A stretch of DNA of 64,000 nucleotides from Bilabrum cf. latius (lineage: Eukaryota): positions 496,001-560,000 of the forward strand of contig OZ237744.1 in NCBI GenBank assembly GCA_965178125.1. Reading direction: 5' to 3'. The position numbers and the translations under genes were made by a program. Shown piece after piece: positions 35,694-45,654 of this stretch (positions are counted from its first letter, which is position 1; each line of letters opens with the position of its first letter). The notes under the pieces are model-generated. The model saw nothing but the letters and a program-made list of their open reading frames with translations. It searched no databases and was not told where the DNA came from.

Positions 35694-37123
35694 GCTGGTA
35701 AAAATGCGAGGTACATTTGGCCGTGATCCGTCGAATGTAACGGAACAATACACAATTTACTGGTTTTTGCCGGTTCCGGATCAGCAATTTGCGCGGCGCC
35801 CAGATAATTCGGAGAAGAAATCATGATGCAATTCGATTCAGCGCGCTCTTGCGAGTCTGCTGGTGCGCCTTTCAACTCCATACGATGAGATTAAGTCTGT
35901 TAACATGCCATTCAAAGAATTGGCCTCTAGCAGGGAGCTGCAGCTTTGCGCGGCGCCAAAACTGTGTGATTAGTGTCGCACGACACCCCGACACTGCCCG
36001 CATACCCCTTTCTAGTCTACAAAATAGACCTAAAAATATACCTGTATGATAATGATGCTAAATTATACGCTGCTGTGCAGACGAATGTCTGAATAAGATT
36101 CATTTGGACACGACAGGGTCCACGGTCATCCCTCTGGCAGCCGCAACAAACTTGCTTCGATTGGCCCTCTGAGATACTGAATTTGATTACACTCCTCATA
36201 ATTCTGAGCAAATTGATGACTTTATTCAAATAACGCGCTCATATTCTGCTGTGCGGTTCATGAGTAGGGTGTTTCCCGTGAGGATGACTGAACCAGGCCG
36301 CAGAGTTAGCTATTGCACATTTACCTCACCAATCTGCAGCTTACCGCGAATTGAGACCAACCACTACATTTTTTGTATTGATCGTATTCAGAAAATCGAA
36401 CAGGAGGCTACTATGGCCATCATTAGGACACGAGCAGCACCAGCAGCTGTGCGGGTGGCCAGATCCAGAAGACCTGAAGTACGCCATGCTATTCTACACC
36501 ATTGGGACTGAAAATCCGTACACTGCCTTTTATTAGGTATATTAATACCATGATTAGTCTCAAACTAGTACTGGCCTCATAGATTTGACACAATTGTGTT
36601 CTGAATGGTACCAAACCACTGGAAACAGCCACAACTTGCGAAATTGTAGGACCTGTACAAATACAGTACCATACACAAACAAATCGTATGTATAAATAAA
36701 CTATAAGTGTATCAGGACAGTGGTGAATTGGATTCTGCCCAAAATGAATCGAGATCTGACGTCAAATGAGACCATCCTCGGTTCTAATGGACTCTCTGTG
36801 ACATACTGGAGCGGTGATTTGTTTTAAATACCTATTTGATCTGTAATGAAGTCGACCAATAGCGCATTCTATTCGTCGAAATGATTGCACAATAGGGATG
36901 CAGCGTGGACTGTGGTTTCAGTGGCATTTGGATCAGCGTGCTGCTCCTCTCGTTAGCCTTACGGTGGTTGTATGGTAATTCACTAATTACACAATGAAAA
37001 AACCTCATTACATGGAAGATACGCTATTGATGTCGCGTGATAATCGACGAGTTGTATTGTGTCGGGGATCGTTGCGGTCAAGAATTGGTGTGATGAATGT
37101 GTCGGGGTAAGTTACAACCGACG

Positions 37124-37277
37124 GATTCAATGGCACCCCTACTGACGAATACAGAGCATCCATGTACAGTGATGTTTGGGCCGATAGTGGTATACTGATC
37201 GGATCAATTCCGAGTACGAGCTGAGCGAGACCAGCGCTCTCACTTAGGGGAATTCAGAAGAAGATAAAGGAAATAAT
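37124..37277 (+). repeat. Split direct repeat A1 (154 bp)
   Basis: GATTCAATGGCACC...GGAAATAAT, identical by eye to 43453-43606. Its last two bases form the AT of the ORF1 ATG. Confidence 0.95.
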
Positions 37278-39626
37278 GCTCAGCCAGCAGAGTGCGCAAT
37301 GGAAGCAAAGCAGGGCGATCGTGGCGCGAATGACCACTCGTATGGCCCCAACGGTGAGGCGGAGGGTGAACGCTGTGGGTGGCGTTTTCGATGTGTTTCA
37401 AGGTATGGCTGTTGAACACATGTCGAGCTTCTCGGAGCCTGTCGTACGCGAGGCTGTGAACATGCTAAACAAAGAAGGGGCAGATGCGCAGCGGGCTCTG
37501 TTGGGCAGCTGCGTACGCGGCCACACGCCGGTCGCTTCCCTGGGCGCAGCGGCTGCCGTTATGGGCGTGTTCAAACCGACCACGACGCCAGACGTGGAAT
37601 CGGGCCTGCGTGGCGCTCTGGAAGCGGCAGCAGGGTTCTCAAAGGACGATCTGATGCCCGAGGACCATGCAGTTCGTCGGCGAGCGCGGCGACGGGTGAA
37701 AACTCAGGCCAAGATGCGACGGGCAGCAATGGGGTGCCCCCACTCTGGGGAGCACCGGTGATCCCGGTACCATCCGGGGCATCAACAACAGCACCATTCA
37801 CGGGGTCAAGGACTGAACGTGTAGCCGGGGGGCCGATGGGAGCGCACTCACTGGGCTGGGGCATCATGGACGGTGGCGGGTTTGGGTGGAAACTGCCTGC
37901 CCCAAGCGGGGGGGCCGGTGCAGAGGCGACTGCTACCTCAGGCCATCCGCCGAGCGAGCTGGGCCTCTTTGATTTTGGGGGCGGATTCAGCCATGGTGGA
38001 GTGACTGCGGCCGATGCTGGGGCGGGTGGCAAACCAGCGGGAGGTCCAACGGCACGCCGCGGTGCCAGCGCGGTGTTTGGGGCACAGGCGTCGATGGGCA
38101 CCATCTCGGGCGCAACGCTGGGAAAAAGGGGGAGAGCGGAAGAGGTGGGGGAAGCACAAGCTCCCTGGGAGGCCATTGTGGCGGATTCGGAACGTCGCAC
38201 CAAGGCGGCAAGGCGCGAGCAAGAGGCCGAGGGAGCATCCGCGGGAGCAGGAGAGGCGACCGCGAGTGACGTGATCGACAAGCGAATTCAACAGGCGGTT
38301 GCGGCCATGGCATCGGGTGAGCCCAATGGTACGTTGTAGTTGCTCCGTGCCCTTGCGCTTGAGTTAAATGCCCGGCCCGAGCACTCCACCCAGGCGATTA
38401 AGTCGTCAGCCGGCGCCTGCAAGAAGTCACCATACCAGGGCCAGGTCGGAGCAGACGATGGAGACGGCGCCAAGGAAGTGCATAATTCCATTCCCACGGC
38501 GAAGGGAGTTGACTCTTTGTTCTACGACACCGTACGGTCTTAGGAGGTGCTTCAATTTAGGGACAGTGCACGGTATTTGGCCGAACTCGGGGAGGAAGGC
38601 GAGAGAGCTAAGGACTTGGCCTCAGTGGCGCTGACGAGTGCGGACAAGGCAAAGATTTCGTTGCTTCGGATTGAACGCCCCGCGCAGATAATGTTCGCTT
38701 CTATGGCGAGTGCGGCTGGTTTTCGCCGGGAGTCAGGATCTGGCCGCAGCTTTCATGTGGCACCGGTGCTGGAGGAGGCGGGTGATTTGCTCATGCCGGA
38801 CGGGATCAGGCAATTTGCGAGTAAGTGCGGGTAGCACGTGTTGTCGGGAGTGGCAGAACTGGAACAAGGCAACATTTTTCGATTACCCACGATATTGACC
38901 AGATCGGTGTGTGGGGCGCTCGAGGGGGTCGTGGCAGGGAGCACGTCGTTGCTGAAGGTGGTTATCAAACTTGCGACACTGCTGCACCAGGATAAGCATG
39001 CGGAAGCCAGGGCAGTAATGAGCAAGCTTCACGAGGCGTTGGAGATTGCAGTGCGAAGAATGTTCCTGGGCTTAGGGATGGTCCTTCATGCGGCAGCAGT
39101 CCGCACGGCAGGTGGAGGCAACGGGGACACAGCCAATACGGGTCAGCATTTCGTGTTAGCAACTGCTCTGCGCATGATTTTGATACATAGGGTGGCACCA
39201 GTGGGGAGAATGGATACTCCTGCGGTGCTTCGACTGTGGTAGTTGCGGAGCGAGAACGAGACCCCGCTGCGGATGACGCAGACTCAGGTGGGGCCCACGT
39301 GGGAATTACTGGGACTGAATCCGGCAGGCAACCATAGCGCTATGGCGTGGGAGGATGTGACAGCCGCGATAGACAAGTCAGCATTGGAGCGAGCAAAGCG
39401 GGTGGCAAAGGAGCATGGGGCCGCAGCTGGAGGAGCGGGGGCAGCGGCAAAACGGTAGTCAGCGAAGGCCAGCAGCAGCAGCAGCAGCAGCAGTAGCGCG
39501 AGTGCGGGTGGACAAGAGTCGCAGCAGGAGTCAGAGCGCCACAAAGGGACGACATCGGGGCCCAAAAAGTAGGCGGAGCACCGTACCTCCCCAAGACGAA
39601 GTGGCCGACTAGCGGGGAATGGGTGA
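37276..39626 (+). CDS. Retrotransposon ORF1 (gag-position protein) with one frameshift near 37660-37745
   Basis: 37276-37761 ends at TGA. The overlapping -1 frame (fragments 37734, 38340, 38547, 38838, 39243) continues through TAGs to TGA 39624-39626. The gag assignment is by position only. Confidence 0.65.
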
Positions 39627-42018
39627 CGCGGCCCGAGCCAGGGGAAGGGCTGCAGTAGTGTAGGCATGTGCACTATCTTCGGAAGCAGCGCAAAAAATCC
39701 TGGCTCAGCAGAAGACTCCGACCCTACAGCGTGGTGAGCCGAGCCTGCGGACACTGGATGGGCGGTGCATTGTGACGGACATCATGGAACACGCGGACGA
39801 ATTGTTGGACTAGGTTGCATCTGCAGGCCCCTCGAGACGATGGCACGAGGTGCAGATGGAAGCAGCCGGCTATTCTGTGGACAATGACGGTGATGCGGGA
39901 GCGGGGATGACTGGGGATGCGCCGTCAGCATTGGGTGCGGACGGGATGTGGTAGGCTTGGGCACGATGCCTGGCAAAGCGGGACAAGATTGACTTGCGGT
40001 CATTCCCACCGGGCTAGGCACCATCATCTGCTTTGGACGTCTGGTATGGAACGTTGTCACACTGGGAGCGTAGGGGCGAACTGCAGCAGGGGGAGCGATG
40101 GGCAGCACGCTAGCCGTGTACGCTGTCACCTCGTGGAGCATGGCAGGCACATTTGGCTCGTTGTCGACGCTGCGGGGCGCGGGGCGCAGTGGAGCCCGAT
40201 TGTGTAGCGGGCCGGGGGTTTGTTGGACTGGCACGACATGGGCTTCGGGCGGAGGCAGTCTTGAAGGTGTTGGGGGCGCAGCCGGTACGGGCTGACCCGA
40301 AGGACTTGCCGGCGGACGAGGAGGATGTAGTCCCGTTCGTGGAAGCAGCAGCGAGTGCAGGCAAGATTCGACCGGTGGAGGGCGCCGCGGTCTAGGTGAC
40401 GCCTATGTTCGTTGCCAAGAGGACCGCAATCGAGGTACAGCAGCGGGAGGGTCAGACACCACGCTTGGTGCAGCGGGAGGACACGACTGGCAAGCAGCGC
40501 CTAGTCACGGATATGAAGCGCTCGGGCGCGAACGAGGCATTTCTTGACTTGCGTTTTCGGTATGGTGATTTTGCTCGGCATTTAGCAGAGCGAGTGGGAC
40601 GTGACAGGCATGAATGGGGGGCAGCCTTCGATTTCAAGGCGGCATATCATAGTATAGCGCTGGCACCGGGGCTGCAGCGATGGATGGCAGTTCGCGGAGT
40701 GGGTGGCAGCATGTTTTAGTTTGTGGTCTTGTCGTTTGGTTGCAGAATGGGCTGTTTTGTCGCATCAGTAGTGTTGGCAGAGTGTCTAGCGGGGGTGCGA
40801 CTGCGCACCGCACATTGGGCTTTTGGGTACATTGATGATGGCTTTCTGTCAGCACGTACGGAGGCCCGCACTATGTAGTTGTTGTGGTGTGCCGTGCTTG
40901 TAGCGCGGGGGATTGGCATGAGGATATAGCCTAGCAAACTTACCTTTCCAACATAGGTGATTGAGTTCCTTGGGCTAAAGATTACCCTGGGAGCCCACTT
41001 GAAGGTGACACTGCGCTCGGATCGATGGCCACGGATCCACGCAGTGCTGAGGACCGTTGAGCGAATGCGAGCTTTCAACATGCTAGCAACGAGTGCGCTG
41101 GCGGTCAAGGCTGTGGAGAAACTGGCAGGACAGTTGGGCGCGGCTGCGGCAGTAATCCCCCACGCTTCGCAGCACGTGTTTGCGATATACTAGGCGGCTG
41201 CAAAGGCTCGCAAAGGTGGTAGGCACATCTGGACGGCAGAGTTCAACGAGGAATTTGAGTGGTGGCTGACATGTAGGGACCGCGGTATCTTGACAGCGGC
41301 AGCAGCTGCACCGATATACCCGTTGCCGGAGGGGAGAGCATCCGTGTTTTGTGCTGACGCGTCAGCCCATGGACTGGGTGCAATGTGGCGCCGAGGCAAT
41401 GGTGATTCTGGCTTGATGCAAATGGGTTTCCACGAGGACATGCAGTTACTATCCAGTACGGCACGCGAACTAGCATCACTACGAGCTTTTTTGTCAGGAC
41501 CAGGCTAGTTGGCGAGGAGCCAGACTTGCCCAGAGGCGCTCTTCGTGCTGTCAGACAATCAAGCCCTGCCAAATTTGCTGCGGAAGGGCGGCTCGATGAA
41601 GGCTGGGTAGCGAGATGAGCTGCGAGAGATTGGAAGGCTGGCTGAGAACTTGGGATACGTTATCTTCCCCGTGTGGTAGAGGCGAAGTACACCGATCATG
41701 GTGGCATGCGATAGATTGAGCAGGGTGGAGGACGGTGCTGGTCAACTGGTGTAGACGGCGGGGCAGCGCGTGGGCAAAACGGGGTTTGTCTCGGCGGCAA
41801 GGGCGACATCTGACTCAACTTTTCATGCACCATTTCATCTTCACAGGACCATTTGGGGAGCTGATCCCAGTGACTGGACGAGCAGGCTCAAGTGCTGCGG
41901 CACAACGGCGAGCAGCGGTGGCGGCGACTAGGACCCTGATGCTGTAGGAGAGTCAGCAGCTCGGCAAGGGAGCTCTGGACGCGCGCAGGCGGAATCTGAC
42001 CATGCAGGCGGAACTTGA
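39415..42018 (+). CDS. Retrotransposon ORF2: reverse transcriptase + RNase H
   Basis: One frame with ~17 TAGs and no TAA/TGA until 42016. RT motifs: KQRLVTDMK, AFDFKAAYHSI, VLSFG, GYIDDGF, IEFLGL. RNase H motifs: ADAS, ARELA, LSDNQ, CDRLSR. The start codon is uncertain (39415 or 39619). Confidence 0.92.
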
Positions 42019-43063
42019 GGTCGTGGATCCGGTGGAGGCCATGTGGGCTTTGCTGACGGAGTAGTGCGCCGCCGGGTTGAAGTATGCCACAGTGTTGCGA
42101 TTGTTCCAAGCGCAAACGGCGTGGTTCAGGTCAGCGGAGTTCCCGCGTACCCCACTCGCAGACGTGGAGTACAGGCAGGTCAAACTGGCCCTGCTCGGCT
42201 ACAAGCGTAGATGTGCCGGGGCGACGGATCCGGACGCGGTACGTGCCCTACGTGTCCTGGTGGACAACCCTGTAACGTTGCGAGCACTAGTGATGATGGC
42301 CTGGTAGCTGCAGGCAGAGTGGGATTCGATGTGGCAAGGCCCAGCTGCGCTGGCCCGTGCGGACTACAACTCAACACCAGCGGTTCTCGATACATTTATG
42401 TGCTGCTATGTGGGGACATTCTGTGGCTTGGCCCGGTGGCCAGATCTGGTGCATCTGGCAATAGGGGAGATAGAGTGGACTGCAGCGTCTGATGACAACG
42501 AGGTTGTTCCCGTGGCACTGATTGGGTGGCAGCGGTACAAGTCGCGGGTGCTCGGCGGCAACCCCGAGCAGCGCCCGCCAGCGGTCATTCCATGCTTGCC
42601 GGATGGATTCGAGGAGTTGTGCCCGTATCGGTGGCTGAAGTGGTGGGTATCAGTTCGGTAGCCAACACAAGGGCAGCGCGGGGAAGTATTCGCCTCTCGA
42701 ACACGGGCTGCGCACAGTGCCACGCTGCAGTGGATAACAGCGCAAGGGATTCCTGTGCACCGCAAGGGGGAGGGTGTGTACGCCTTCAAGAGTGCGGGAG
42801 TGTCAGCATTGCGCCAGACGGACCCAACCAAGGACGAGAAGTACGTGCACGGCCAGGCTGGGTGGTCTCTGCCCAACATGCCAGCGGTGTATGATCGTTA
42901 CTCATTGATGGAAGCGGCAAGGGTTACGAGGAGTGGGATTCTTCGGGCTATGGTGGGAGCTGGCTCCATCCCAGAACTTCTGAAGATTTGGGAATCCCAA
43001 CGCAGGGAGCTTCACCGGAGCCCAGTGAGCAGTGGTGGGGATGAACGGGATTCAGGGCTCTAA
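41735..43063 (+). CDS. Retrotransposon ORF3: tyrosine recombinase
   Basis: Fragments 41735, 42077, 42329 and 42755 join across TAG and end at TAA. Motifs: GLARWPDL (Arg I), RYKS (Lys), LCPY, YAFKSAG (at the HxxR position) and QAGWS...MPAVY (Trp, Tyr nucleophile). Overlaps the end of ORF2. Confidence 0.8.
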
Positions 43064-43071
43064 CTGGGCCA

Positions 43072-43451
43072 GTGGGTGTTCCTTGCGGCGTTCGATGGGC
43101 GAACAGCCAAAAGGGGGGCCCAGTGTAGATCCCGTGGCCAGTGGCAGGTAGTCCCCATAGCGGCTTGAAAGGTCCGTGCCGCCTGCCCAGTGCCCGGGGA
43201 AGCACCAGCCAAAACCAAAGCGCCACGGAAGGAGGAGATTACGAGGAGCAGGTACTAGGTACGAGAGTGGAAGCTGAGGGCAGGACAAAGCGGCCAGCCG
43301 GGCCTAGGCGGCACGGAGACGGCCGTGCTAGCGACAGACGAGTGGGCGACGGTGGGTAGCGGCGCACGAGTGGCGCGTGGCGGGAGAGGGAGAGTGCTGG
43401 GGGAGCGAAGCATTGAGCGGTTGATCGACAGATCCACATTACCAACCATCA
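43072..43451 (+). repeat. Split direct repeat B1 (380 bp)
   Basis: GTGGGTGTTCCTTGCGG...CCAACCATCA, identical by eye to 44891-45270. The ORF track gives identical peptides for both copies. Confidence 0.95.
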
Positions 43452-43452
43452 T

Positions 43453-43606
43453 GATTCAATGGCACCCCTACTGACGAATACAGAGCATCCATGTACAGTG
43501 ATGTTTGGGCCGATAGTGGTATACTGATCGGATCAATTCCGAGTACGAGCTGAGCGAGACCAGCGCTCTCACTTAGGGGAATTCAGAAGAAGATAAAGGA
43601 AATAAT
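43453..43606 (+). repeat. Split direct repeat A2 (154 bp)
   Basis: Copy of 37124-37277, separated from B1 by a single T. Confidence 0.95.
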
Positions 43607-44890
43607 TTTTACTTTTTATAGAATTGTTTCTTGCCTTGTTGGCCCCATTTCCTTCGGATATGGATGGGGCGGCACCGCGGCGGAGGCCGGGAGGTGAGGG
43701 GGGACCAGTAGTTGGCGGACAACAGAGGGGCCTACAGCTGAAGGGAGGGGTGCCAGGCGGATACGGTTTACTCAGCGAGACAGGGCGTCTTAGGGGCGGG
43801 TAAGTGTGTGTGTGTCACTGCTGCCCGGTAGTGTGTGTAATATTCTCTTGGGAGGGGGGCGGAGGCAGACCGCTCCTCCTCCCTCCGCACTCAGTACCAG
43901 CATGAACCAGCCCTCTTTTCTGTTCATGTGGACCCCCTGACAACGGGGGGACCACGTGGCACCCACGCAGGATGGCGACGCAGATTCGGAGGGTACCAAC
44001 ACTCATACCTAGCTACCAACATTTAAGCGTTGCGGAGGGCAACGGAACGGGGCCAGGGAAGCTGCGTGCGTCTAGCCATCTAGAACACGTGGACGAACTG
44101 GTGGTGGCCTTTGCCACCATCCCATTTCACCAACCAGATGAGGCTCCGTGGTCGCATCTGGTGCCGATGGCCACTGTTAGCAGGACCGTTGGTGGGTGGC
44201 TTGGGGGGCCAGGGACTTGGCTGAGTCAAGTAGGCGTGGGAGTAGGGGTGGGTGCGGTCAGTATGAGGTCCGTGCCTCATGTTGTTCGCTGTAAATCCGG
44301 CTATAGGTCGGAAGCAACCCACCCTCCCGGTTGCAACAGTGGGGACGGGTGTGAGGTGGCCACGCGTGAGGTGGTCATAAGACTGGGAGCAGAGGTGTGG
44401 TCCGTGCCGTAAAATCCCCCATGTGGAGCACCTCTGTTTTTCTGGAAGCACAAAGAACCGCGTTGCGGGCCCAGGAAACTTCTGTCCTTTGGATGGCTCC
44501 GTGGCCGAAGGGGGACAGAGTGACCTGCACAGCCGAGAGGAGAGCCTGAATCTCGGATCGACCCTGGGACAGTCGCACCGGCGACACCCACCGAGAGAGC
44601 GAGGCGAGATCCTGCACAGCGTACGCTGCAGTGGAGGACCACTGTGGTGCTGCAAGAGGCACGGCAACGTGCGGACAGCAGCCGGACCCCGTATCCTCAC
44701 AGAGGGTAAGGCAATGGGAGCCTGAATAGGAGCGGACCGGGTGACGACTGTGCTGGGGCTGCGGTGAGCATACAGGACCGTGTCGAGCGTGGTGGGCTGG
44801 GCGGGATGTGCGAGCGGTGATGCCCTAACTCGATCGAGTTCAAGATTTTTTCTTCTTTTTGCGTGGTGGCGTCCCCTAGGTCGGGGCGGC

Positions 44891-45270
44891 GTGGGTGTTC
44901 CTTGCGGCGTTCGATGGGCGAACAGCCAAAAGGGGGGCCCAGTGTAGATCCCGTGGCCAGTGGCAGGTAGTCCCCATAGCGGCTTGAAAGGTCCGTGCCG
45001 CCTGCCCAGTGCCCGGGGAAGCACCAGCCAAAACCAAAGCGCCACGGAAGGAGGAGATTACGAGGAGCAGGTACTAGGTACGAGAGTGGAAGCTGAGGGC
45101 AGGACAAAGCGGCCAGCCGGGCCTAGGCGGCACGGAGACGGCCGTGCTAGCGACAGACGAGTGGGCGACGGTGGGTAGCGGCGCACGAGTGGCGCGTGGC
45201 GGGAGAGGGAGAGTGCTGGGGGAGCGAAGCATTGAGCGGTTGATCGACAGATCCACATTACCAACCATCA
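44891..45270 (+). repeat. Split direct repeat B2 (380 bp)
   Basis: Copy of 43072-43451; defines the right end of the element. Confidence 0.95.
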
Positions 45271-45654
45271 GTTGATTGTTGCGCCAGCGCCGAACCTTCA
45301 TCAGAAGGTTCGCCGCATGGCTGGAGGAACTCACTAGTGAGTCCTCTTCAGGCCCTTTCAAGTAAACTTAGCGCATATTCGCGGTGTACGGAGGGTTAAA
45401 CGAGGCTTGCATAGCAAGAGGTGGCCAACCAAATCCAAAATTTCGAATCTTGGTTTGGGGTTGCTCTTGACGATGATAGCGAGCACTCGCCCCGCCGCAT
45501 CCAAGTCTCTAGGTTGACCTGTGATGGCCCGAGCACCACGCACGCCAAAAGCAGGCATCGGAACGCACACCTACGCACCAGGGTATACATACAACCCCAG
45601 CGCTAGCAGGGATCGTACACTGGCTTCGAATGGTATCAAACGGCCAGGAAACCA

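Larger units (their letters stand above)
37124..45270 (+). mobile_element. Ngaro-type (DIRS order) tyrosine-recombinase retrotransposon, 8,147 bp: A1-ORF1-ORF2(RT/RNase H)-ORF3(YR)-B1-A2-spacer-B2
   Basis: Split direct repeats A (154 bp x2) and B (380 bp x2) in the order A1...B1A2...B2. Three overlapping ORFs carry RT, DIRS-type RNase H and YR motifs. No target-site duplication is visible. Confidence 0.93.

Noticed and set aside
35900-37123. Endogenous virophage/Polinton hosting the Ngaro element
   Set aside because: The stretch is only ~1.2 kb with no terminal inverted repeats, capsid, ATPase or polymerase motifs, and the right flank returns quickly to a host gene.
43072-45270. LTR pair or assembly duplication for the 380-bp repeats
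   Set aside because: There are no TG...CA ends, TSD or DDE integrase. The interleaved A/B order plus a tyrosine recombinase fits Ngaro split repeats.
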